Shown: piece after piece, positions 1 through 8,918 of the stretch
How positions within the stretch are numbered: the first letter of the stretch is position 1
Layout of the letters: every line of letters begins with the position of its first letter
NCBI GenBank assembly: GCA_037308085.1
Contig: CP147779.1
Coordinates: forward strand, 1,248,001-1,312,000
Direction: 5' to 3'
DNA from: Promethearchaeati archaeon SRVP18_Atabeyarchaeia-1
GTDB taxonomy: Archaea > Asgardarchaeota > Atabeyarchaeia > Atabeyarchaeales > Atabeyarchaeaceae
Length of the DNA stretch: 64,000 nucleotides
The notes under the pieces: model-generated
Seen by the model: only the letters and a program-made list of their open reading frames with translations
Told to the model about the DNA's origin: nothing
The model's database searches: none
Position numbers and translations under genes: made by a program

Positions 1-793
1 CCTTAGCTCGCTTTGATATGCCTTGGGCAGCAGACTCCCCACCTTTGCGAAGGATGAGCGTATCTGTTTCTCTTGAGAGGATCGTAAGGTATGTGTGAAC
101 TGTTGCAGTGTTGATGTCTTGGGTATCTTCAAAAGTCTTGGTGAAGGCTGGATAACCAACCTCGAAGGTTACCCTCATTCCGGTGACAAGTTCTTTGCTT
201 ATGGCATCCCATGGTGCACTTATCTCAAAGACCTTGAATAGACTTGCATTCCTCTGAATGATCTCGTCGCGAGATGCTTCAGAGTTGACATCAAGTTCTG
301 GAACCGCGCGCAGACCGCCCGGTCTGGCAACCCTGATAGCCTCGTAGACGTTAACCGCATCTTTTGGTGTGGTCCCCCGCATCACGCGGTCGGCTTCTTG
401 CCTTATCCCTCCAACAGTCATCATTCCTGAAGAAGAAGCCGCTCCGGCAGCCACACACAATGGTGCGAGAAGTAACACTGAACCGAGGTTGGTGTTCCCA
501 CCATGCTGCCATCTCTGGGTATCCGAAATCGCTTTCAAGATGTGCTTGCCAAGCTCCACTTCTCCCTCGGTCAGTCTTTTCAGACCAAGGAGGGCACCAT
601 TCAGCGCAAGGGTCGTCATAGCAGGAGTTATCGCCACGCCGCTACATAGGAAATGCTCATACCTAGTTTTGCTAAAGTCCTTGGTTCGGTGAACATTTCC
701 AGGCTTCGGGAATCCACTCACTTCCAGAAGTATTGAAAGTGAGGCACTTCTCCCAATGTCATCGGCAAGGTCCGAGAGAACAAATTCCTGCAA
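1..793 (-). CDS. citG: Triphosphoribosyl-dephospho-CoA synthase (CitG family), 3' part runs off the window
   Basis: Not in the ORF track. Manual translation from TTG at 793 gives MQEFVLSDLADDIGRSASLSILLEVSGFPKPGNVHRTKDF...YEHFL...GGNTNLGSVLLLAPL, with the KPGNV and NTNLG motifs of archaeal CitG. Confidence 0.8.
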   Translation of the reverse strand, partial: MQEFVLSDLADDIGRSASLSILLEVSGFPKPGNVHRTKDFSKTRYEHFLCSGVAITPAMTTLALNGALLGLKRLTEGEVELGKHILKAISDTQRWQHGGNTNLGSVLLLAPLCVAAGAASSSGMMTVGGIRQEADRVMRGTTPKDAVNVYEAIRVARPGGLRAVPELDVNSEASRDEIIQRNASLFKVFEISAPWDAISKELVTGMRVTFEVGYPAFTKTFEDTQDINTATVHTYLTILSRETDTLILRKGGESAAQGISKRAK

Positions 794-1137
794 GCCCGCA
801 AACCCTCTCACTGAACGCTAGCATTACATTGGAGGCAATTTATAGCCAAATTCTACAACGATTTCAGACATCACACCATTGAAAATCATACTACCTCAAA
901 TGATTTAACATTTTTGCTGAAAGTGGACTGCGCGTCACCAGCAAAGCCAGCCAAGAAAGCTCTGCGCCTGGACTAATTCAGAGCCTTCTGATCGATTTAG
1001 GGCTCATCCTACGCATTGGCGCCTGACAGCGCGATTCGAGAGGAGAGGTAACTATTTATCGGGATTGATCGCCTTCGTTCCATCTGGCCCCATATGCTAG
1101 CCCTGGCAGTAGAAGGTCAAAACCATTCTCGGAAAAA

Positions 1138-2727
1138 GTGTTTCCTGAGGAGATCACAGTGGCCAAACTGGCAATAGATAGACTAGACGCACTGTTCAAT
1201 CCAAGAAGTATAGCCCTCATCGGCGCTAGCAATAACCCGCTAAAGTGGGGCTTCATCATCCCCACAAATATCATAACAGGTCAGTACAAGGGAGAGCTCT
1301 TCTTGGTGAATCCAAAGGAGAAGACAATACTCGCCAGGCAATCCTATCCGAACCTTGCTGCCATACCCAGAGACATAGACCTAGCCATCATAGCGACTCC
1401 CTCCGGCACCGTACCGTCAGTAATGGAAGAGTGCATTGAGAAGCGCATCAAGGCTTCCATAGTCATAACAGCGGGCTATAGCGAGACGGGCGAAGAAGGA
1501 GCTAAACTGGAGAGAGAAGTGGTCAATATTGCCACGCGAGGCGGAATTACCGTTGTGGGACCAAACACCATGGGAGTCTACAGTGCTTCTACGAGTCTCT
1601 ACGCGCTGATGCCCCCTGTCAGACCAAAACCAGGTGCCGTTGCCTTGGTCTCCCAGAGTGGTAACCTGGGAACCCAGTTACTCGACATGGGCGAACCTGC
1701 CGGCATAGGCTTCACGAAGTTCGTAAGCTCAGGTAACGAGGCTCAGACCACCACAGAGGACTATCTCGAGTACTTCGGCAGAGACCCAGAGACAAAGGTC
1801 ATACTCGCTTACATAGAGGGTCTCAAAGGCATCGAGGGTGGAAGAAGATTCATGGAAGTCGCGCGAGAGATCACCAAGAGGAAGCCAATAATAGTCTACA
1901 AAGCCGGTCGTTCACAATCCGGCGCCAGAGCAGCAAAATCACACTCAGGCGCGATTGCGGGCTCAGAACAGATATATGAGGCAGCTTTCAAGCAGCTTGG
2001 AGTAATTCAAGCCTCGACCATAGGGCAACTACTTGACCTAGCACGGGGCTTCGAAGGATCGCCGCTCCCTCGGGGCAGACGCGTTCTAATTGAGACATGG
2101 GGTGGCGGTTACGGCGTTGTTACTGCAGACGCATGCGAAGAGGATGGACTGGAGGTAGCCAAGCTTTCACCGAACCTGGTGGCAGAGTTGGACAAGATCC
2201 TGCCGCCTTACTGGAGCAAGGGGAACCCTGTCGATCTCGTCGGCACGCTCAACAGGGATGCACACCTAAAATGCTTGGAGCTACTCGCCAAGAGCAGTGA
2301 CGGCGACGCGACTATTGCGCTAGGCGTGATTGCTGGCGCGTCACGATTTGTCGAACTCATCCTGCAGTCGGGCAGTTTGCCGGATATCAAAGGCGGAGAG
2401 GAATTTGCCCAGATGTTCAAGAAAGGTGACGAAGACTCGGTGAATGAGATATCAAAACTCGTAGCGAAGTATGGAAAACCTATAGTAGCGGTCACCCTAA
2501 CTTCAGGCGGCGGAGGGATAACAGAGGAACTAAAGCAATGGAAAAACATACTCGTTTACCCGACACCTGAAAAAGCAACCAAGGTCCTATCGAAACTATA
2601 TGAGTACCAAAGATACCTTGACACGGAAACTCAGAGAAAAGGCAAAAACGCAAAGTCTAGAGGACATGCAAGGCTGAGTCCATCAGAAGCAAGCAGAAGA
2701 AAACCAAGCCAGAACCAGGAAATCTAA
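1138..2727 (+). CDS. acdA: Acetate/acyl-CoA ligase (ADP-forming) alpha subunit
   Basis: FNPRSIALIGAS CoA-binding fold, GPNTMG, SQSGNLG, phospho-His loop SHSGAIAG, NPVDL. Start may be GTG at 1159. Confidence 0.9.
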   Translation: MFPEEITVAKLAIDRLDALFNPRSIALIGASNNPLKWGFIIPTNIITGQYKGELFLVNPKEKTILARQSYPNLAAIPRDIDLAIIATPSGTVPSVMEECIEKRIKASIVITAGYSETGEEGAKLEREVVNIATRGGITVVGPNTMGVYSASTSLYALMPPVRPKPGAVALVSQSGNLGTQLLDMGEPAGIGFTKFVSSGNEAQTTTEDYLEYFGRDPETKVILAYIEGLKGIEGGRRFMEVAREITKRKPIIVYKAGRSQSGARAAKSHSGAIAGSEQIYEAAFKQLGVIQASTIGQLLDLARGFEGSPLPRGRRVLIETWGGGYGVVTADACEEDGLEVAKLSPNLVAELDKILPPYWSKGNPVDLVGTLNRDAHLKCLELLAKSSDGDATIALGVIAGASRFVELILQSGSLPDIKGGEEFAQMFKKGDEDSVNEISKLVAKYGKPIVAVTLTSGGGGITEELKQWKNILVYPTPEKATKVLSKLYEYQRYLDTETQRKGKNAKSRGHARLSPSEASRRKPSQNQEI

Positions 2728-2787
2728 AGATTTAAGTATCCATAGAATGCTTAGCAAGAAACGAATCATCAGGCGGTGGAGTAAGCA

Positions 2788-3192
2788 TTGCCAAAACCCC
2801 TCAGTAGAGAGGAAGCGAAGAAACCCAAGAACGCCCCGACAGCTCCAACGGGAAGAGGAGCCACGCTATTCCACTACGGCGTCGCGTTTTCTCTCATAGC
2901 ATCCCTACTGATTATCGCTGAAGGCATCAAGATCATCATCTACTCGCCTCTGGCCTACCACATCCCGCTTCTTGCGGATTTCGGAGGGTACCTCAACCTC
3001 CTTTTCGGCATCATCGCGCTAATCGGGTTCATCGGCGTAACCTTGGCGAGCGGGCATAAGAAGGTCAAGAACATCAGCGCAGCCATGATTGGCCTCTTCT
3101 CCATCTTGAGCTTAATATTCTTCGGAGGAGGATTCTACCTAGGATTCATACTCGGTGTATTCGGTGCGCTCCTTACGGCGGCGCGGGAATGA
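2788..3192 (+). CDS. Small integral membrane protein (3-4 TM), unknown function
   Basis: Hydrophobic segments, GGGFYLGFILGVFG motif, upstream GGTGGAG RBS-like sequence. Confidence 0.7.
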   Translation: MPKPLSREEAKKPKNAPTAPTGRGATLFHYGVAFSLIASLLIIAEGIKIIIYSPLAYHIPLLADFGGYLNLLFGIIALIGFIGVTLASGHKKVKNISAAMIGLFSILSLIFFGGGFYLGFILGVFGALLTAARE

Positions 3193-3355
3193 GCAAGTAG
3201 TATGATGAGGCTGGGCAGAAGCGCATACACCATCCTTATTTAAGATTCCAGCCAACGTTTACAGTCCTGTTTTGGAACAACCGCACTGCAAGGTCATGAT
3301 ATATATGCAACGCATTGTTTAGGATTATGCCACGTTAGAAGAGGAGTGATGTCTA

Positions 3356-3742
3356 ATGTCTCAAATCATCGTAGACGGCGGCGATCTTGCAAAGTCTAAG
3401 GGCGACTCGATGGCAAGATTAGCCGAGTTCTTGAACGGCATTCGTTCGCTCAAGGTACAGGCCAAAGTAGGTGGAAAGGGAATAACAATAACGCCGAAAG
3501 AGGCAACGGCAAAAGCCCCAACCAGGAAAGGATCGAAAAAGAAAGGCAAAAAGGCCTCTGGGGCGGAGACGGCGACCGCGGTCATCTCGAAGACTAAACT
3601 GAAAGTATACCTGAAGAGATTCATCAACAAGGAGGGGCTTAGTGACGGGATGAGGGTCATCTCCAGTGGACCTGACGGCTTCACTTTCCATGAGAAACCG
3701 ATACTCGGAGAACAACTCGCGCCTTTGGAGGGAGAAGAGTGA
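3356..3742 (+). CDS. rpl22e: Ribosomal protein eL22 (L22e) homolog
   Basis: ISKTKLKVYLKRFINKEGLSDGMRVISSG resembles the eukaryotic eL22 core ([27 protein letters not shown]); basic protein; GAGGAGTGA RBS. Confidence 0.75.
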   Translation: MSQIIVDGGDLAKSKGDSMARLAEFLNGIRSLKVQAKVGGKGITITPKEATAKAPTRKGSKKKGKKASGAETATAVISKTKLKVYLKRFINKEGLSDGMRVISSGPDGFTFHEKPILGEQLAPLEGEE

Positions 3743-3821
3743 AAACCTGCTCTGGCATAAAGGGCGGGTTCCTCAATCCTCCTTTTCTGATTCTCAGTCA
3801 GACAAGTTGAAAGCTTATTAG

Positions 3822-3945
3822 AGTTCTGTTACCTCTGCGGCTGATAACCGTTTAGGTCAACTTCTCCGCTTTGGCTCATAGCCTTGTTGAAGGGACTAAT
3901 CACTGCTACACGTGCGGAGCGATCCAGGGTGAACCGCACCCTTTC
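3822..3945 (-). ncRNA. Putative omega-RNA scaffold overlapping the tnpB 3' end
   Basis: GGGTG-CGGTT-CACCC hairpin, CTCCGC...GCGGAG long-range stem and a terminal hairpin using the TIR. Same architecture as 12433-12565. Overlap with the tnpB 3' end is typical of TnpB omega-RNAs. Confidence 0.6.
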
Positions 3946-5058
3946 ATCTTGGGCTTTAAGCATGTTCAGACAAGCATTTACATGTCGATCTATTCCGCAG
4001 CATTCTAGGGTTTTCGCTTTCGGGTCTCGCATGATACACCCACACACCGCGCATACCCTAGAAGTGTTCCAAGGACTCACTTTGACGGCTTTGACTCCTT
4101 CCCAGAGAGCCTTGTACTCGATGAAGCCTTGTAGCCTGTGGAAGCTCCACGAGTTCAGCCTCCGCTTCAGCCTCTTGGAGCGCACGCTGATCATCTGGAC
4201 CTTCCCGTTGAAACTGTTGACGCCTAGTGCTTTCCTGTTGATTGCCCTGCGGATGTGTCTAAGGTCTTCGAGAATAATGCCTTGCCCTCTGTTCTTCGCT
4301 TGCCTAACTATTGCTGAACTCACCTGATGCAGCATCGTGTTGACTTTGTTGTTCTGGTTAGCGAACCATCTTCTCTGGATCTTCGTCGCCACCCGCCTAT
4401 CCTTAGCGTACTTGGATTGAGCTCTCCGCACCCGCTCAAAGTACCCTTGCCTAGCCTCTGAAACTCCTGACAAGTCGTGGCTTTCAACAGCCAGTTCTCC
4501 GCCTTCTCTTACGTAGGCTCCATCTATTGAGCGTTCATTCGTGTCGTACGCCACGTAGCTCCCTGGTTCGGTAATCTCAGCGGTCTTCGAGAAAACCACT
4601 GAAACCGTGGAAGCAGTCAAGGTCACTGAGCCTAACTTGAGCGCGGCGTCTGATAGGAACTGTGCCGCCCTCTTGTGGAGGGGGACGTAGAAGTACTCTC
4701 TGGGCTTGATCGGTATTCTCAGCTTGCCGTCAACGACCTTGTAGGCTTGGTTTCCCAGTTTAGCCGTGAGCTTCGTAGCTCTCGGCACTCGAGCGTTCTG
4801 GCGCCTTCTCCTCTTCGCTTTCCGGTAGTTCTTCAGGATGGCGGTGGCAGCCTCTGTGGCTGAGAGGCTGTACCAGGTGTGGAGACCGAAACCACTTAGC
4901 TGGTGGTAGACCTCGCTTTGCAGGCTGAACCTCGAGGTCACATTCTTCTCCAGGCCGACGCGGATGCAGCAGTTAACCATGGTTCTGAAGGTTTCTAGTA
5001 GGCTGAGAACACGACTTGTAGGCTCGTACGGTATCTGCACCGCTTTAATTGCCTGCAT
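3829..5058 (-). CDS. tnpB: TnpB RNA-guided endonuclease homolog (RuvC-III Asp reads His)
   Basis: RuvC-I YVAYDTNE, RuvC-II IILEDL, W..SF..LQ..IEYKA, TSRVCAVCG Zn finger, DRHVNACLN. Likely start ATG 5058, about 25 bp below a TTTAAATA box. Confidence 0.9.
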   Translation of the reverse strand: MQAIKAVQIPYEPTSRVLSLLETFRTMVNCCIRVGLEKNVTSRFSLQSEVYHQLSGFGLHTWYSLSATEAATAILKNYRKAKRRRRQNARVPRATKLTAKLGNQAYKVVDGKLRIPIKPREYFYVPLHKRAAQFLSDAALKLGSVTLTASTVSVVFSKTAEITEPGSYVAYDTNERSIDGAYVREGGELAVESHDLSGVSEARQGYFERVRRAQSKYAKDRRVATKIQRRWFANQNNKVNTMLHQVSSAIVRQAKNRGQGIILEDLRHIRRAINRKALGVNSFNGKVQMISVRSKRLKRRLNSWSFHRLQGFIEYKALWEGVKAVKVSPWNTSRVCAVCGCIMRDPKAKTLECCGIDRHVNACLNMLKAQDERVRFTLDRSARVAVISPFNKAMSQSGEVDLNGYQPQR

Positions 5059-5237
5059 AAAACCAAATAAGCCAAAAATCTTATTTAAACTCACCAACCG
5101 CAGAGGTAACAGATCCCTTATTAGGTAGGATTGTAAGATCACAGCATGCTCCTAGATACGCGCGACGCATCTAGGCTTGCTAGAGGAGCCGTGTCGGGGA
5201 AGCGCACTCTGATGGCTACTCGGAAGAGGCGATTCAC

Positions 5238-6032
5238 TTGCCAAAGGTAAAATGCAATGACATAAACATCTGTTATGAGGTTCAAGGTAAGGGGTATCCG
5301 CTTGTAATGATAATGGGGCTATCCGCCAACATGGACTGGTGGGATCCAAAGCTAATCGAGGAAACCTCGAGGAAATACAAGATAGCCATCTTCGATAATC
5401 GTGGCGCCGGGCGCACCGACGCACCCAAGATTGACTATTCCATCAAGATGTTCGCCGACGACACAGCAAAACTAATGGACAACCTGAAGATACAGAAAGC
5501 ACACGTACTCGGCATCTCAATGGGGGGAATGATAGCACAGGAATTCGCTCTTACCTATCCACAGAGAGTTGAGAAGCTCGTCCTCTGCTCAACTAGCTGC
5601 GGAGGGATCAAATCAGTGCCTCCAGCACCCAAAATAATGAGCGTCTTAAGTGGCGGTGGAGCAAGGACACCAGAGGACCTGGTAAAGAATACTATCCCAG
5701 TCCTCTTCACTGAAGACTTCATTAAAGGCAATCCTGCCTTCATAAAAGTGGTAACTGAGCGACTTATGAAGGCGCCAATTGCGCTCGACGCGTATATGCG
5801 ACAAGTAAAAGCGATTATGGCGTGGGACACGTACGCTCGGCTTCCGAAGATCAAAGCGCCCGCGTTAGTGATGCACGGTAAGAAAGATATTCTTGTTCCT
5901 CCAGAGAACGCTAAGATCCTAGCTGATAGAATACCAGGGGCAAAGCTTGCATACTTCGATAATAGCGCACATGCACTTTTCTCGCAGGAAACTGACAAGG
6001 TGATCAGCACTCTGCTTCAATTTCTTGCATGA
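5238..6032 (+). CDS. Alpha/beta-fold hydrolase
   Basis: GISMGG nucleophile elbow, FDNRGAGRT, HGKKD, catalytic His in SAH. Confidence 0.9.
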   Translation: MPKVKCNDINICYEVQGKGYPLVMIMGLSANMDWWDPKLIEETSRKYKIAIFDNRGAGRTDAPKIDYSIKMFADDTAKLMDNLKIQKAHVLGISMGGMIAQEFALTYPQRVEKLVLCSTSCGGIKSVPPAPKIMSVLSGGGARTPEDLVKNTIPVLFTEDFIKGNPAFIKVVTERLMKAPIALDAYMRQVKAIMAWDTYARLPKIKAPALVMHGKKDILVPPENAKILADRIPGAKLAYFDNSAHALFSQETDKVISTLLQFLA

Positions 6033-6036
6033 CTAC

Positions 6037-7002
6037 CGCTCTGTTAACTCTTCGGGTGACAGTTGGTGCCGTTAGCTTCTCGGCCGTATGGTGGCCTTAT
6101 TAGTCGAAGTACCCCCTTTTTCGGGCAAGCAGGCGGTCAAAGCCGTCAAGCAGAGCTACACGCCACCAACCGAACTACTCAGCCTCCTAGACGAGTTCAG
6201 AAAGATGGTGAACGACTGCATACAAATCGGTCTGGCTGAGAATGTTACGTCGATGAAGGCGCTCTCAAAGAAAGCATACCGTGAACTCGCACGATACGAC
6301 GCGCCAACCTACTACCGTCTGACTGCGATTAGTAAAGCTACCGGGATCCTTCGGAATTATGGGCACGCGCTGAGGAAGCTGCAGAGGGTGAAGAAGCCCT
6401 ATGCAACAAGGCTCATGCTCACTGACTGCTACGGCTTCAAGATAATTAATGGCGAACTCAGACTGCCCATCAGGGCAAGAGAGTACATCCATGTTCCGCT
6501 GAACGCCTACACGTTGCAGTCTATTGAGGGTTCGACTGTCCGTTCAGTCTGCTTGAGCGCCTCCGCCCTGTCATTAGCTTTCTCGAAGGAGGTTACTCAG
6601 GCTGAGCCTGCGGGTCTAATCGGGGTAGACCGCAACCTCGACAACGTAACCGCTGCATCCTCAAACGAAGGTGTGAGGAGGTATAACCTGTCAAGGGCAA
6701 CCGATATCAAGGAGAACTGCAGGCAGGCCAAGCGGGGTTTCAAGCGAGGCGATTGCCGAGTCATGAAGCAGCTCTACTCCAAATATGGGCGAATCCAGAG
6801 GAACAAGGTAAACTGGATACTGCACAACACCTCAGCAAGCATAGTGGAGCAGGCGAAGGAGAAACAGTTCGGCATAGTCATGGAGGACATCAAGGGCATC
6901 CGAAAACTCTACAGGAAGGGAAACTGGCAGGGCAAGGACTACAGGGCGAGGATGGAGCAGATGCCACCCAGCTAACTCTTCAACCGAAGAGTTAACAGAA
7001 CC
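6037..7002 (+). mobile_element. Internally deleted TnpB element with IS6-like TIRs (element 2)
   Basis: 19/20 IR: TCTGTTAACTCTTCGGGTGA (6040-6059) vs TCAACCGAAGAGTTAACAGA (6980-6999). Right end reads GGTTCTGTT on the minus strand. Degenerate flanking repeat CATGACTAC/CACGAGTAC (7/9). Confidence 0.8.
6088..6975 (+). pseudogene. tnpB: Truncated tnpB (RuvC-I and RuvC-II present; Zn finger and RuvC-III deleted)
   Basis: GVDRNLDN and IVMEDIKGIRK; N-terminus paralogous to element-1 TnpB. After RARM the ORF runs directly into the last ~46 nt of the omega-RNA/TIR. Confidence 0.8.
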
Positions 7003-7246
7003 CACGAGTACTCTCCTTTTTCTTTTGATCTGAAGCAGACGAATCCATCGTCGAACTCAAGTTCACATGTTTTGATGGCGGTATTACGCTGATCGTCTCA
7101 GTAGACGATCCAGAACATACTAGCCTTGGAAAGGGATAAAAGTGCCGCGAACTCATTGATGTGTTAAGCATGGTAGGAGATGTCTTCGGCAAAGTATCAC
7201 GTGGGGGCGGTCACTGAAGTCCACGGAGTAAGAAGAGGTAGTCGAC

Positions 7247-7747
7247 ATGACAAAAGAAGTTAAGGTACTCATTACGGGTCCCTATCGAGTAGGAAAGTCA
7301 ACCCTAGTCAGATCGATGACTAGTGGAAGGGCCATTAACATAGATCGACGCGGCACAACGGTATGCATGGACTACGGCTACATCGACCTCGACGGGATCA
7401 GACTTCACCTCTTCGGAACACCGGGACAAGAAAGATTTGCCATCATACGGGAAGTACTCTCCACGGGCATGAGAATATTGGTCATGGTAATAGACTCGAC
7501 GAAACCAGACTCCATCGCGCAGGCAAAGAAGATCTTCGGTCAGCTAGCAATGAAAGATGTTCCGTGCATAATAGCCGCCAACAAGCAGGATTGCCCAGGC
7601 GCAATGACCCCCGCAGAAGTCCAGAGAACGATAAACCTTCGAATCCCGACTGTGGGCACTTCGGCAGTCTCAAGAGGCGGTGCACAACAGTTACTCGCAG
7701 AGATGTACAAAGCCGCTCTGAAAGTCCCAGCTTCACTTATGTCCTAG
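7247..7747 (+). CDS. MglA-like small GTPase
   Basis: GPYRVGKS, TTVCMDYG, LFGTPGQERF, ANKQD, TSA. Confidence 0.85.
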   Translation: MTKEVKVLITGPYRVGKSTLVRSMTSGRAINIDRRGTTVCMDYGYIDLDGIRLHLFGTPGQERFAIIREVLSTGMRILVMVIDSTKPDSIAQAKKIFGQLAMKDVPCIIAANKQDCPGAMTPAEVQRTINLRIPTVGTSAVSRGGAQQLLAEMYKAALKVPASLMS

Positions 7748-7831
7748 GGAGCCGACAAGGAGCGCTTCCTATCTCTTTCTTCTGGAGCAGTGGCAAGCGG
7801 GAATCGCAACCAGAGGATTTGATTGCCACGG

Positions 7832-8578
7832 TCATTCCGTCTTCAGGCGTATTCCCGTGCTGGCAATCTCATACTCGACGGGTTTGAGACTGTGCGTGGT
7901 TCCACGCATTTTCAGGATCTCAATATAGCGCTTTCTTTCCTCAGTGCCTTCACTCATGGTTCTCAGAGATATCACGCCATCTGTAAGGAACGAGTCAAAC
8001 CCGAGTGGAACCCTGTGTTCAAGGCCCTGCACATTCTCTGATGTTAGGAGCGCCGTGACAAGGGCAGCGCCCAGAGTCCTGATGATCGTGGTGATGTCGT
8101 ACCGCGTCTCGAACGGGTCCTTCCTACTCTGCGCAAAAGGAGTTACAGAGTCTATAACTACCCTCTTAGCATTGATCTCCATGATGTTCTTGTTTATCAC
8201 AGAGATTAGTTCCCCAACGTGAAATCCCTTCGCACCTAGCGCAGTCTCGTCTCCAGGGATAGCATAAGTCATCTCGCGATCAACAACAACCCTAACTGGG
8301 CTCACGTCGAGAACACGCAGCGAACCCTCAGCATCACACTTCGCCAGGTCGAATCCAAGCTCCTTCGCATTCTCAAAGAGTATCTCCTTGGGCTCCTCCA
8401 TAAGAGTGACGAGAACACCATTCTCCTTATGGTTGACTATCCCATCCAGCAAGAACTGCAGACCAAAGGTCGTCTTACCAGACCCAGGATCCCCCGACAC
8501 CAGAATAGATCTACCCTTCGGATAGCCGCCATCAATTAGCTCATCAAGTCCCGGTACACCTGTTGAAACCCGCTCCAA
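7832..8578 (-). CDS. Single-domain KaiC/RAD55-like ATPase
   Basis: STGVPGLDELIDGG, Walker A GDPGSGKT, EE, Walker B VVIDS, LKMRG. Confidence 0.9.
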   Translation of the reverse strand: MERVSTGVPGLDELIDGGYPKGRSILVSGDPGSGKTTFGLQFLLDGIVNHKENGVLVTLMEEPKEILFENAKELGFDLAKCDAEGSLRVLDVSPVRVVVDREMTYAIPGDETALGAKGFHVGELISVINKNIMEINAKRVVIDSVTPFAQSRKDPFETRYDITTIIRTLGAALVTALLTSENVQGLEHRVPLGFDSFLTDGVISLRTMSEGTEERKRYIEILKMRGTTHSLKPVEYEIASTGIRLKTE

Positions 8579-8918
8579 CTAGACGCAACCCCCACAACCG
8601 ACGATAGAAGCGACGAAAAGATCGTTGCAGACATTAACACTAGGTAATTCATTAGTGACACCGATTATTTATGGGTTTCCTAAATCGGGATCGGGATCAT
8701 TTCCTTCTTCTTAATCCAAAATGTGCAACGCCTACTGAAAACCAGCTGCCACTGTACGTGGTAATTGCAGACTCATGCGGCCAATAACGGAATACGAATA
8801 AAGGATCAGAACCCGCAAACATGGAGGCCCGTTTCTAATTCAAGCTCGGACGACAGGAAATTGGGGAAAAAAAAGGAGGGGATTAGACTTTTCTTAGCGG
8901 AATTGCGCAGCAATCAGC

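Larger units (their letters stand above)
3822..5116 (-). mobile_element. Non-autonomous TnpB element with IS6-like TIRs and 8-bp TSD (element 1)
   Basis: Perfect 16-bp IR TCTGTTACCTCTGCGG (3825-3840) / CCGCAGAGGTAACAGA (5098-5113). Direct repeat CTTATTAG at 3814-3821 and 5117-5124. Only tnpB lies inside. Confidence 0.85.

Noticed and set aside
5059-5142. N-terminal extension of the tnpB ORF in the ORF track
   Set aside because: Crosses the TIR, TSD and TATA box; the real start is more plausibly ATG 5058.
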